Positions 1 through 9,496 of a stretch of 64,000 bases of DNA are shown here, in pieces. The notes under the pieces were generated by a model. That model ran no database searches. It saw nothing but the letters and a program-made list of their open reading frames with translations, and was not told the DNA's origin. Positions within the stretch are counted from its first letter, which is position 1. Every line of letters starts with the position of its first letter. Source of the DNA: a virus (taxonomy: Duplodnaviria > Caudoviricetes); IMG/VR virus record IMGVR_UViG_3300030330_005258, positions 64,001-128,000 of that record; one strand, written 5' to 3'. The translations under genes and the position numbers were made by a program.

Positions 1-1
1 A

Positions 2-76
2 TTTAAAAGAACCAACGAAGACCAAATAATAGATGATGTATTGACATACTTAACAAACTTGGAGAAAGAACAATGA
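2..76 (+). CDS. 3' end of an upstream gene (partial, ...FKRTNEDQIIDDVLTYLTNLEKEQ*)
   Basis: Open frame from the window edge ending in TGA 74-76, overlapping the ATG at 73 (ATGA coupling, as elsewhere in the cluster). Confidence 0.55.
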   Translation, partial: FKRTNEDQIIDDVLTYLTNLEKEQ

Positions 77-813
77 GTAAGATAAGAATCAGTGTGTTGT
101 GTCCAACTAGAAAGAGAATGGCACTCATGAGAAGAGTTGCTGAAAAATGCTTTGAAACATGCCATAATCCAGAGCAAATTGAGCTTATTTTTGGTATAGA
201 TGACGACGACACTGAATCAATAGAAATGGCTCAGGCATTACAAAAAGAGCTAGCTCCGAATAACATAGAATACATTGTATGGCCAAGAAACAAGTTTATA
301 TTTTCTGATTTAATTAATCAATGCTCCAAGCCAGGGAAAGGAGAAATTTTTAATATTATGTCTGATGATGCTATACACAACTCTAAAGATTGGGATAAAA
401 TAGCATTAGAGATATTCGATAACCACCCAGACAAAATAATTTTATTACAGACAAGCGGCGGCGCTAACCAAAGCACAGGATTTCCATTTATGCATAGAAA
501 CTGGAGAGATGCAGCAGGCTACTTGCTGTCTCCAATTTTTGAGGGCGACTGGGGAGATTATTGGCTGACGGATGTTATAAGGGGTCTGCCAGGAAATAGA
601 TTTGTTTTTTCAACAGATATCGAAATCAGACATCTCCATGCCGAGTGGGGTCACATGGAAAAAGACGAAACGTATTATGAACATCTGAAAGAAAGGCAAG
701 CGCAAGAAGCGTTGCCAAGAGAGCAACACCCATATCATGGCATCGAGGGGACAAGACTTAAGAACTTGGAAATTCAAAAGTTAAACAATTTTATTAAAAA
801 CTATAACAAATAG
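73..813 (+). CDS. Glycosyltransferase, GT-A fold (GT2-like)
   Basis: N-terminal ISVLCPTRKR, ELIFGIDDDD, xDD motif (IMSDD), WGDYW and HLH near the C-terminus; GGAG SD upstream. Confidence 0.8.
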   Translation: MSKIRISVLCPTRKRMALMRRVAEKCFETCHNPEQIELIFGIDDDDTESIEMAQALQKELAPNNIEYIVWPRNKFIFSDLINQCSKPGKGEIFNIMSDDAIHNSKDWDKIALEIFDNHPDKIILLQTSGGANQSTGFPFMHRNWRDAAGYLLSPIFEGDWGDYWLTDVIRGLPGNRFVFSTDIEIRHLHAEWGHMEKDETYYEHLKERQAQEALPREQHPYHGIEGTRLKNLEIQKLNNFIKNYNK

Positions 814-825
814 GAATATGTAATA

Positions 826-1245
826 ATGCATGAAAAGAGAAAATATTTGCCCACTCTATCTGAATTGATTGATAGGCTTTCGATTGTACAACTAAAAGAG
901 GTCTTTATAACTGACCACAAGGAAGAATATGCAAAAGAAATTTCTGATATTTTGCATGATATTGAGTTGACAATTAAAGAAAACAATGTTACTTTAGATA
1001 GTGAGACAATAAGAGCAATAGTAGTATTATCTCAAATGAATCTGCATATCTGGCATAATGAATCTAACTACCGAAAAGGAATTAGAGACGGCAACAATCT
1101 TGAACTTACTCATGGACTGAATGGCATTAGAAATACTGCAAAGAATATAATTCAAGAAATTGTCGGCGGCAGAAAAGACTACAAGATAGATTGTCTCGCA
1201 GCAGAATTTAAAGACTGGGAAATAAGTTGGAGTCAAGATGAATAA
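826..1245 (+). CDS. Small helical protein of unknown function (paralogue of 6114..6527; DUF6165-like)
   Basis: LSELIDRLSIVQLKE...LSQMNLHIW...NGIRN...KNII; aligns by eye along its whole length with 6114..6527. Confidence 0.6.
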   Translation: MHEKRKYLPTLSELIDRLSIVQLKEVFITDHKEEYAKEISDILHDIELTIKENNVTLDSETIRAIVVLSQMNLHIWHNESNYRKGIRDGNNLELTHGLNGIRNTAKNIIQEIVGGRKDYKIDCLAAEFKDWEISWSQDE

Positions 1246-2200
1246 TAAAAAACTTTTAGTTTGTGGTGGCACCGGCTTTATGGGCAGAAATATAGCGAAT
1301 TATTTCAATTCGCTTGCTGGCTATGAAGTTCATATTACAGGCTACAAGAGACAAATTGCAGATTGGCCAGAGAGTCAATATCACCAGATCGATCTAACAT
1401 CACGACAAGATGTCAATCAACTATTTGAAAAAAACAACTTTGATGTTGTAATACAAGCAGCCGCAAATACCTCCGGCTCAAAGGATATCCTAGAGCGTCC
1501 ATACCTGCATGTAACAGATAATGCGATAATGAATTCAATAATTTTGCAAGCTTGTTATGATCATTTTGTTGGTCATTTTTTGTTCTTAAGTTGTGGAGTT
1601 ATGTATAATCCTGACAGGAGCCCAGTAACTGAACAAGATTTTTTTCTAGACGAGGGCATATATTCTAAATATTTTGGCGTCGGATGGACAAAGGTTTACG
1701 TTGAAAAGATGTGTGAGTTCTTTGCCGGGCTTGGCAGGACTAAGCACACCGCAATCAGACATAGTAACACTTACGGACCTCATGATAAGTATGATCTTGA
1801 GAAGTCTCACATGTTTGGTGCCACAATCACAAAAGTAATGAAGGCACAAGACGGTGAAGAGATAGTTGTATGGGGTGATGGTTCCACCGAGAGAGATTTA
1901 CTTTACGTTGATGACGTTGTTGATTTCATTCACAAAGCAATCGACAATCAAAAAAATCACTATGAACTTTATAATGTTGGATATGGAAAATCTTTTTCAG
2001 TAAAACAAATAGTTGAAAAAATAGTATCGATTTCTGGCAAAAATCTTTCAATAACTCATGATTTGACAAAGCCGAGTATTAACACGAAGTTGGCTTTGCT
2101 ATCAGATAAGGCGTTTAAAGAATTGGGCTGGGAGCCGAAGGTTTCAATTGATGATGGCATAGCCAAAACCATCGCGTGGTATAAAAACAATATAGGATAA
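1238..2200 (+). CDS. NAD(P)-dependent sugar epimerase/reductase (extended SDR, GDP-fucose-synthase-like), catalytic Tyr absent
   Basis: GGTGFMG Rossmann motif, RHSNTYGP, VWGDGS-RDLLYV, YNVG; the YxxxK position reads VGWTK. Confidence 0.85.
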   Translation: MNNKKLLVCGGTGFMGRNIANYFNSLAGYEVHITGYKRQIADWPESQYHQIDLTSRQDVNQLFEKNNFDVVIQAAANTSGSKDILERPYLHVTDNAIMNSIILQACYDHFVGHFLFLSCGVMYNPDRSPVTEQDFFLDEGIYSKYFGVGWTKVYVEKMCEFFAGLGRTKHTAIRHSNTYGPHDKYDLEKSHMFGATITKVMKAQDGEEIVVWGDGSTERDLLYVDDVVDFIHKAIDNQKNHYELYNVGYGKSFSVKQIVEKIVSISGKNLSITHDLTKPSINTKLALLSDKAFKELGWEPKVSIDDGIAKTIAWYKNNIG

Positions 2201-2203
2201 CAA

Positions 2204-2845
2204 ATGAATTTATATGTTCCAGAAACTTTCAAAGATCAAGAGGTAAGGCAAGTTCACCTAACGGAACAAGATCTTATAGATTTTGAATTAAGAGTTAAAG
2301 ATGAATATGAGAAGGCTACAATCACTGGTCCGGTGCATATGTCAAAAGGCAACGAAAAACAGTTGATAGAAATTTTCAAGTACATTCATCCCGACGATTG
2401 GGTTTTTTCGTCTTGGCGTAACCATTATCACTCTCTCCTACATGGCGTACCGGAAGAGCACCTATGGGAACTGATAACCGCCGGCAAAAGTATGAGTGTG
2501 TATTGTGGTGAGCCAAAATTGTACACGTCTTCTATAGTTGGTGGTATCATACCAATAGCACTTGGCGCCGCAAAGGCACTTAAGATGAAAAAAACAGGCA
2601 GAAAGGTTTGGGCTTTTGTTGGTGATATGACTGCTGAAACCGGCGGCTTTCATGAAGCCTATAAATATTCTCGTCGCCACAACCTTCCACTAGAATTTGT
2701 AATTGAAGATAACGATATGAGCACAAATACACCAACTAGTGAAACTTGGAATGGAGTTAAGAGCCACTTTCCTAAAGATGTTTTTTATTATTCTTACGAG
2801 AGAGGCTATCCACACCACGGCACCGGTCAGTGGGTTTTATTTTAG
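2204..2845 (+). CDS. ThDP-dependent E1 alpha-like subunit (short)
   Basis: GPVHMSKGNE, WRNHYH, SSIVGG, ThDP motif GD...EDN (GDMTAETG...IEDND). Confidence 0.85.
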   Translation: MNLYVPETFKDQEVRQVHLTEQDLIDFELRVKDEYEKATITGPVHMSKGNEKQLIEIFKYIHPDDWVFSSWRNHYHSLLHGVPEEHLWELITAGKSMSVYCGEPKLYTSSIVGGIIPIALGAAKALKMKKTGRKVWAFVGDMTAETGGFHEAYKYSRRHNLPLEFVIEDNDMSTNTPTSETWNGVKSHFPKDVFYYSYERGYPHHGTGQWVLF

Positions 2846-2853
2846 GAGCAAAG

Positions 2854-3387
2854 ATGAAGTATGTAGAACATTTGGTTAAGTCCATGGAATTCTTGGCAGA
2901 AGACCCAAGAACAATCTTTATTGGTCAATCTGTTGCTTATAGTGGCAACTCTATTTACAACACTCTAAAGACTATTCCAAATGACAGAAAGATCGAAACG
3001 CCTGTCTTTGAAGAAACTCAAATGGGATTGTCAATTGGTCTTGCCATGGAGGGTTATGTACCAGTGACATGCTACCCCCGTTTTGACTTTTTGCTATTGG
3101 CAGTTAATCAGCTTGTTAATCATTTAGATAAAATGGAAGAAATGACACGAGGAACTTTTAAGCCCCGTGTTATAGTTAGAACATCAATCGGCGCCAAGGT
3201 TCCCCTTAATGGTGGCGTGCAGCACACAAAAGATCACACAGAGGCATTTAGGCATTTGCTAGAAAATGTTGAAGTTGTTTTGCTAGAAAATAAAGAAGAC
3301 ATTTTTCCTGCTTACAAAAAAGCCCTAGAAAGAGAAGATAGTAAGCCAACACTCTTAGTAGAATATGGCGAATATTACAATCAATGA
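2854..3387 (+). CDS. ThDP-dependent E1 beta-like subunit, pyrimidine-binding domain only
   Basis: IFIGQSV, ETPVFE..QMGLSIGLAMEG, GVQH; AGGAG SD before ATG 2854 (preferred over the track start at 2830). Confidence 0.8.
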   Translation: MKYVEHLVKSMEFLAEDPRTIFIGQSVAYSGNSIYNTLKTIPNDRKIETPVFEETQMGLSIGLAMEGYVPVTCYPRFDFLLLAVNQLVNHLDKMEEMTRGTFKPRVIVRTSIGAKVPLNGGVQHTKDHTEAFRHLLENVEVVLLENKEDIFPAYKKALEREDSKPTLLVEYGEYYNQ

Positions 3388-4190
3388 TGCTAACCACTCC
3401 CGAAATACAAGAAAAAGCCGACGAACATCGCAAAAAGATACTCAAAGTAATCAACCGTGTAGGCAAGGGGCATGTTGGGGGAGCTTTCTCCTGTATTGAT
3501 ATATTGAGTGTTCTTTATTACAGTGGGATACTAAACATCACCCCAGAGAATATAAATGACCCCAACCGCAATAGGTTTCTATTAAGCAAGGGTCACGCCT
3601 GTATAGCTCAATATGTTATTTTAAATGACTTAGGCTTTTTTGATGATCAAGAGTTATTTAAAATGAATCAAGGTGGTATTTTGGGGGAACATCCAGATAC
3701 AAATATACCCGGCATAGAATTCATATCAGGCTCTCTTGGACATGGCTTAAGTGTTGCGCTGGGCTTCGCCCTTGCCGCCAAAATGAACAAACAAGATTAT
3801 TTAACATACGTTGTATTAGGTGATGGAGAGTGTGGCGAAGGTTCGGTATGGGAGGCTATTAGCATAGCACCCCACCTTAAATTATCTAATTTGGTAGCAA
3901 TCATAGATCGAAACAGACTGTGCATTCATGGGGATACTGAACAAATTCACCCACTTGACCCCCTAGATAAGAGACTTGAATCTTTCGGTTGGAATGTCAT
4001 GGAAATAGACGGACACAACTTTGGGGACCTTTACGTCTCATTGAATAACCTACACCCTTCTAAGCCCACGGCTATTATTGCAAACACAATAAAGGGCAAA
4101 GGCGTTAGTTTTATGGAAAACAAAAACACTTGGCACCATGGCGGCATAAGTGATGAAATACTTGATAAGGCATTGAGAGAAATACAATGA
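3384..4190 (+). CDS. Transketolase, N-terminal (ThDP-binding) subunit
   Basis: GHVGGAFS, RFLLSKGH, GSLGHG, GDGECGEGSVWEA, DRN, TIKGKG, WHH. Confidence 0.93.
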   Translation: MMLTTPEIQEKADEHRKKILKVINRVGKGHVGGAFSCIDILSVLYYSGILNITPENINDPNRNRFLLSKGHACIAQYVILNDLGFFDDQELFKMNQGGILGEHPDTNIPGIEFISGSLGHGLSVALGFALAAKMNKQDYLTYVVLGDGECGEGSVWEAISIAPHLKLSNLVAIIDRNRLCIHGDTEQIHPLDPLDKRLESFGWNVMEIDGHNFGDLYVSLNNLHPSKPTAIIANTIKGKGVSFMENKNTWHHGGISDEILDKALREIQ

Positions 4191-5125
4191 AAGACGATGT
4201 TATAGTTGATATGAGAGATGCGTTTTTTGATCAGCTATATCGGTATATCTCTATTGATAAAAATGTTGTAATCTTGACGGCAGACCACGGCGCCTTTGGC
4301 TTAAAAAAGATTGAGAATGATTACCCTGAACAATATCTCAATATTGGCATTGCAGAACAGGCACTTGTAAGCATCGCTGCTGGATTAGCCAAGTGCGGAA
4401 AAAAAGTATATATATATGCCATAAATAATTTTGTTTCATTAAGAGTTTTGGAGCAAATAAATATTGATTTGTGTGCGATGAATTTAGATGTCAATATCAT
4501 CGGTGTCGGCGCTGGCTTTACTTATAGCACAGATGGTCCTACTCACCAAGGTGTTCAAGATTTATCTGCTATGATAAACTTGCCAAACTTACAGGTCTAC
4601 AATGTTACTGATGACATTAATACCAAAAAGCTTGTAGAGCTTTCATACAATAACTCTGGTCCCAAATATTTTAGAATTGAAAAAGGAAAGCTCCCTAGGA
4701 TATATTCACCGGCAGACGACGTATCTGGTGGTCAAAAAGTTATAACCCCACAGGATAGTGATTATGTGATAATATCTTCTGGTTATATGACACAAAAGGT
4801 TAATAATGTTGTAAAATCTTTAAGCGAACAAAATATTCTTTTGAGACACATGGATCTGTTTAGGATAAGTCCACTACCAATAAGTGATATTGTGTCTTTC
4901 ACAAAAAATAAAAATGTTATTATTGTGGAGGACAATATTAAAAACGGAGGCATTGCAGAAAAAGTCTTTTGCTTATTAAAAGAGCACCAACATACTGGAA
5001 GAGTTTTGAGCATTTCATTAAAAAACAAATTTTATTTTGATTTTGGTGATAGGGATATGCTTCATAAGATCGCTAAGATAGATGAAGATTCGATAACTGA
5101 AAAAATAAAAAGTTTTATACATTGA
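4187..5125 (+). CDS. Transketolase, C-terminal subunit
   Basis: MRDAF, LTADHG, NIGIAEQ, DGPTHQ, YFRI, VEDN..GG. Confidence 0.92.
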   Translation: MKDDVIVDMRDAFFDQLYRYISIDKNVVILTADHGAFGLKKIENDYPEQYLNIGIAEQALVSIAAGLAKCGKKVYIYAINNFVSLRVLEQINIDLCAMNLDVNIIGVGAGFTYSTDGPTHQGVQDLSAMINLPNLQVYNVTDDINTKKLVELSYNNSGPKYFRIEKGKLPRIYSPADDVSGGQKVITPQDSDYVIISSGYMTQKVNNVVKSLSEQNILLRHMDLFRISPLPISDIVSFTKNKNVIIVEDNIKNGGIAEKVFCLLKEHQHTGRVLSISLKNKFYFDFGDRDMLHKIAKIDEDSITEKIKSFIH

Positions 5126-5133
5126 GGTAAATT

Positions 5134-6117
5134 ATGTATTTAGGAAAAAAAGTTTTAGTAGCTGGCGGCACTGGAACAATTGGCATCCCATTGGTTGAGA
5201 TGCTAGTTGAGAGAGGCGCCGTAGTGACCGTAGTTTCTATGGACTCAGAAGAATACGCCACAATGGTATTGCCACCAGAGGTAAGTTTTAAAAAAATGGA
5301 CCTGACCTCCACTGACAATTGTTTGCGAGCGACCCATGGGCAAGATTACGTGTTCAATCTTGTCGGAATAAAAGGCTCAGTTGGCATTGGGGAAACAAAA
5401 GTTGCAAGCTATTTTGTGCCGATGCTTAGGTTTCAAACAAATTTGATGGATGCGGCATTCCATTCAGAAGTATCAAGATATATGTTTGTCAGTAGTGTGT
5501 GCATCTACCCACAAGCATCCGAACATTTTGAAGATAATGCCTGGAATGGTATGCCAAAACAGAACGACCGGATCCCAGGATTGGCAAAGAGAATCGGAGA
5601 AATACAAGGAGAGACTTATTTGAAAGAGCACGGCTGGGACGCTGTACGAGTTGTTAGACCCAGCAATGTTTATGGTCCTTTTGATGACTTTAACCCCGCC
5701 ACTGCTCAAGTTATTCCATCTTTGATCTCCAGAACACTTTCTGGAGAAAGTCCCTTAAACGTCTGGGGGGATGGTTCTGCGATTAGAGATTTTGTATATT
5801 CGAGAGAAGTTGCGCATTGGTTGCTGGAGGCTTTAGAGCACGCGCCACCATGTGTCCCAATCAATCTAGGCTCGGGCAATCCATGCTCAATTAAGCAGGT
5901 TGCTGAAGTTATTTGTAATGTACAGCAGCCCCCTACACAAATTATATGGGACACCTCCAAGCCAGCAGGCGACCCAATTAGACTAATGAATATGGAAAGA
6001 GCACAAAAATATTTAAACTTTAAACAAATCTATCCTTTAGAGAAAGGGATAGAGGAGACAATTAAATGGATTGTGGATAATCCATATTTAGCTAAATTAA
6101 AAGGATTCAAAATATGA
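5134..6117 (+). CDS. NAD(P)-dependent sugar epimerase/reductase (extended SDR), catalytic Tyr absent
   Basis: AGGTGTIG, SSVCIYP, RPSNVYGP, WGDGS-RDF; YxxxK position reads PGLAK; close paralogue of 9497..10480. Confidence 0.85.
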   Translation: MYLGKKVLVAGGTGTIGIPLVEMLVERGAVVTVVSMDSEEYATMVLPPEVSFKKMDLTSTDNCLRATHGQDYVFNLVGIKGSVGIGETKVASYFVPMLRFQTNLMDAAFHSEVSRYMFVSSVCIYPQASEHFEDNAWNGMPKQNDRIPGLAKRIGEIQGETYLKEHGWDAVRVVRPSNVYGPFDDFNPATAQVIPSLISRTLSGESPLNVWGDGSAIRDFVYSREVAHWLLEALEHAPPCVPINLGSGNPCSIKQVAEVICNVQQPPTQIIWDTSKPAGDPIRLMNMERAQKYLNFKQIYPLEKGIEETIKWIVDNPYLAKLKGFKI

Positions 6118-6527
6118 GTTACAATAGAAAGTTTGTTTTACCGGCTGCTGAGTTAGTTGATAGAATATCAGTAGACCAAATTAAAGAAATGTTGTTTGAC
6201 GATAACAGCAGTATTACTCGTGAAATACAAGATATTTCAGATGATTTAGATCACATTATAAAAGAAAAAAATGTTGTTTTTAATGCTAGACTATTGAGGG
6301 TAATAGTGGCTCTGTCTCAAATTAATGTGCATATTTGGTATTTGAAAGATATGATGCAGGACAAGCCAGAGAAGTATGATGAATTGCTTAAACTAGCTCA
6401 CCAAATAAACGGTGTTAGAAATAGATTGAAAAATCTATTACTTGAAGAATTTGGAGATAAAGAAAAGAGTCTCCTCCGTAGCAATTTTGACACCGATGGT
6501 CTAAAGGGCTGGGAAGTTAGCCTGTGA
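6114..6527 (+). CDS. Small helical protein of unknown function (paralogue of 826..1245)
   Basis: AAELVDRISVDQIKE...LSQINVHIW...NGVRNRLKNLL...GWEVSL. Confidence 0.6.
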   Translation: MSYNRKFVLPAAELVDRISVDQIKEMLFDDNSSITREIQDISDDLDHIIKEKNVVFNARLLRVIVALSQINVHIWYLKDMMQDKPEKYDELLKLAHQINGVRNRLKNLLLEEFGDKEKSLLRSNFDTDGLKGWEVSL

Positions 6528-6528
6528 C

Positions 6529-7632
6529 ATGAGATACATTGAGCTACCGGCTTTTGATAATCGTATTTCAAGAATAGCTCTCGGAGTCAACAAAACCGGA
6601 AATAAAAAATCAGCAACCCCGGAAAAAGAATCGCGCCGTGTTTCTTTTTATCATGAAGCGATAGATTTGGGGATCAATTTTTTTGATACTGCTGAACTTT
6701 ATGGCGGCGGCTATTCGGAAGAGGTTTTAGGTAAAGCCCTTCAAGGTAGCTACAGGCACGATAATATAATATGCACCAAGTTTAATGCAAAAAACTCGTC
6801 AAAAGAAAAAATTCAAACATCTCTGGAGGGCAGCTTAAGAAGGTTAAATACCGAATACGTTGACTTGTATTTAGCTCATTGGCCAAACCCAAATGTACCA
6901 TTTGATGATTTATTAGAATCTTTGCAAAAATTCAAAAAGCAAGGAAAAGTAAGATCATTTGGACTTAGTAACGCAACACTTTCAGAAATAGAGAGGTTTT
7001 ATCTGTTAAATGATAGCCAGCCCTGCGTTATAGAAAACGAATATAACATAATCGACAGAAGTGTAGAGGACGGTATTTTACCCTTTGTGCAGCGTAGTGG
7101 GTGCTTATTCTTGTCTTATAGCCCATTGGCTCAAGGCATACCAATAACAAAAAATAAGCAAATTGATATGTTGTGTAACAAATACAGATGTACGATACAA
7201 CAATTATTTTTAGCTTGGATACATGATAGAAATGTTGTATCAATTGTTAGAACAATGAACAGCAGCCATTTACAAGACAATGTTTCGTCTTTAATGATTA
7301 AATTGGAAACTCATGAAAAGCAACTTCTACAAGATACATTTTCATTAAAAAAAATCAAAGTTAATATTGAATCGATCAATTTAGACAAAAGCCCATATGT
7401 ATCAGTTCAAGATGCAATTCAAAATTTTGAAGATTTGATTCCAAGCCCCTCGATGCTGGCGAATAGAATAGATAGAGGTTATAATTTTTCTCCTCTGCGC
7501 CTTATAAAAAATGGCAATCGATACGATATTTTGAATGGATTTGGCATGTCTGAAATTAAAAAGATTTGGGCTTGGAAAATTTCAAGACCATATGATAACA
7601 AAATGGAGGCTTATATATACAATGATTTATAA
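6529..7632 (+). CDS. Aldo/keto reductase with degenerate C-terminal ParB/Srx-like domain
   Basis: FDTAELYGGG.SE, CTKF, DLYLAHWP, GKVRSFGLSN, YSPLAQG; about 95 extra C-terminal residues (PLRL...RYDILNG...WAW). Confidence 0.85.
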   Translation: MRYIELPAFDNRISRIALGVNKTGNKKSATPEKESRRVSFYHEAIDLGINFFDTAELYGGGYSEEVLGKALQGSYRHDNIICTKFNAKNSSKEKIQTSLEGSLRRLNTEYVDLYLAHWPNPNVPFDDLLESLQKFKKQGKVRSFGLSNATLSEIERFYLLNDSQPCVIENEYNIIDRSVEDGILPFVQRSGCLFLSYSPLAQGIPITKNKQIDMLCNKYRCTIQQLFLAWIHDRNVVSIVRTMNSSHLQDNVSSLMIKLETHEKQLLQDTFSLKKIKVNIESINLDKSPYVSVQDAIQNFEDLIPSPSMLANRIDRGYNFSPLRLIKNGNRYDILNGFGMSEIKKIWAWKISRPYDNKMEAYIYNDL

Positions 7633-8737
7633 AACAATAGGAACAGACAGGGTATCAGCGATTGGATTTGGAACCGGGTTCACTGCCCCTGAAAATAGAA
7701 ATTGTGACACCCTGCAACAAACAATACACAACTCTATTGATTTGGGTGTGAATTTCATAGATACAGCACCAGTATACGGTAATGGAGTTTCGGAAACGAT
7801 GCTTGGTCAAGTTTTAAAAAACATAGGCAGAGAAAAGGTGTTTCTTGCCTCCAAGGTGTCACCAGAAGATACGAGCTACAAAGGTGTGATAAGCTCAGCC
7901 GAACAAAGTTTGAAAAGATTACAAACAGAAACCATTGACCTTTTTCAAATACACTGGCCAAGCGTAAATATACCACTGTCAGAAACAGCAGAAGCAATGG
8001 AAAAACTGGTTTCAGATGGAAAGATTAGATACATTGGCGTTAGTAATTTTCAAATGCACGAGATAGTTGAGACAAAGAATAGTCTAAAGCAGAACTCTCT
8101 TGCCTCTATACAATCAGAATATAATTTTTTTGAGAGATCCATGGAAGACAAAGTTTTACCTTTTTGTAAAAAAAATGATATGATGCTAATAGCCTATAGC
8201 CCACTAGCACAAGGTAATTTGGCAAACGGTAAACAACAAAAGACAATATTAACCCAAATGGCACAAAAATATGGTGCAACAACCGGGCAACTTGTGTTAA
8301 GATGGCTTATAGAAAATGATAATGTTTTGGTTATACCAAATACCTCTAAACCCCATCGTGCGATAGAGAATGCAAAAGCCGCAAACTTTACAATTTCTAA
8401 GGAAGATTTCATGATACTATCTGAAAATCTTAAAACTTTACAGCAATTAATTGATGTGAAAGATGTTAGAGTCTCCAATGACTACAGCAGAAAAGTATAT
8501 CAAACAATTGAAGAGGCAAAAGAAAATAAAATGAATCTTTCTCCGTCTCCAATTGAATTATCTGAGGAAATGAAGAAGGGGAACTTTTTAAAACCGATAA
8601 GACTAAAAGAATTGGAGAAGCCTATAGATGGCAAGCGATATGATTTAGTTGAAGGAAGATTGCGTTACTGGGCTTGGACTATAGCCCATGGATATGATAA
8701 GCCAATCCCGGCTTTAGTTTGGAAAACAAGGAGTTAA
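7622..8737 (+). CDS. Aldo/keto reductase with C-terminal ParB/Srx-like domain
   Basis: IDTAPVYGNG.SE, ASKV, FQIHWP, GKIRYIGVSN, YSPLAQG; tail KPIRL...RYDLVEGRLRYWAW...IPALV; GGAGG SD supports the ATG at 7622. Confidence 0.88.
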   Translation: MIYKTIGTDRVSAIGFGTGFTAPENRNCDTLQQTIHNSIDLGVNFIDTAPVYGNGVSETMLGQVLKNIGREKVFLASKVSPEDTSYKGVISSAEQSLKRLQTETIDLFQIHWPSVNIPLSETAEAMEKLVSDGKIRYIGVSNFQMHEIVETKNSLKQNSLASIQSEYNFFERSMEDKVLPFCKKNDMMLIAYSPLAQGNLANGKQQKTILTQMAQKYGATTGQLVLRWLIENDNVLVIPNTSKPHRAIENAKAANFTISKEDFMILSENLKTLQQLIDVKDVRVSNDYSRKVYQTIEEAKENKMNLSPSPIELSEEMKKGNFLKPIRLKELEKPIDGKRYDLVEGRLRYWAWTIAHGYDKPIPALVWKTRS

Positions 8738-8738
8738 A

Positions 8739-9494
8739 ATGACAGACAAGAAAGCAATCATCACTTACGATGATCAAAAAGAAAGAGATGCTCGAAATGA
8801 ATTATATGAATTATTGAAGGAGTGTCCAATACCAGAGGACCAAGTTTTATCAAATTTGGGTCTTTTTTTGAATTCTAAAAACTTATCTAGAATTCTTTTT
8901 ATGAATTACATATATCAAAAAATTGTTGATGTCCAAGGGGTCGTTTTTGAATTTGGAACGCGCTGGGGACAAAATGTGGCGCTCTTTGCAGCGTTGCGCG
9001 GTATCTATGAGCCCTTTAACAGACACAGAAAGATAGTGGCTTTTGATACTTTTGAAGGGTTTCCTTCAATTCATGAGAAGGATGGAGACTCATCTATGAT
9101 GGTGGAGGGTATGCTTAGCTTGACTGAAAATTATGATCAATATTTGTCTAGCGTTGTTTCAACAATTGAAAAAGACAACCCATTGTCTCATATACAAAAA
9201 TTCGAACTTAGAAAGGGAGACGGAATAGTCGAGATTGATTCATATCTTGAACAGAATCCCGAAACAATTATCTCATTAGCTTACTTCGATTTTGATCTAT
9301 ATGCGCCCACCAAGAAGTGCCTAGAAGCCATAAAGCCTCGCTTGACTAAGGGCAGCGTCGTATGCTTTGATGAACTTAATGATCCTGATTCTCCCGGAGA
9401 GACCTTGGCACTGATGGAAGTTTTCGGTCTCGAAAATGTTACGCTCAAGAGATTTCCATATGTCTCTAGAATATCATATTTTATAGTGGAGTAG
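8739..9494 (+). CDS. TylF/MycF/NovP-family SAM-dependent sugar O-methyltransferase
   Basis: GVVFEFGTRWG, FDTFEGFP, YFDFDLY.PT, GSVVCFDE. Confidence 0.8.
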   Translation: MTDKKAIITYDDQKERDARNELYELLKECPIPEDQVLSNLGLFLNSKNLSRILFMNYIYQKIVDVQGVVFEFGTRWGQNVALFAALRGIYEPFNRHRKIVAFDTFEGFPSIHEKDGDSSMMVEGMLSLTENYDQYLSSVVSTIEKDNPLSHIQKFELRKGDGIVEIDSYLEQNPETIISLAYFDFDLYAPTKKCLEAIKPRLTKGSVVCFDELNDPDSPGETLALMEVFGLENVTLKRFPYVSRISYFIVE

Positions 9495-9496
9495 AA

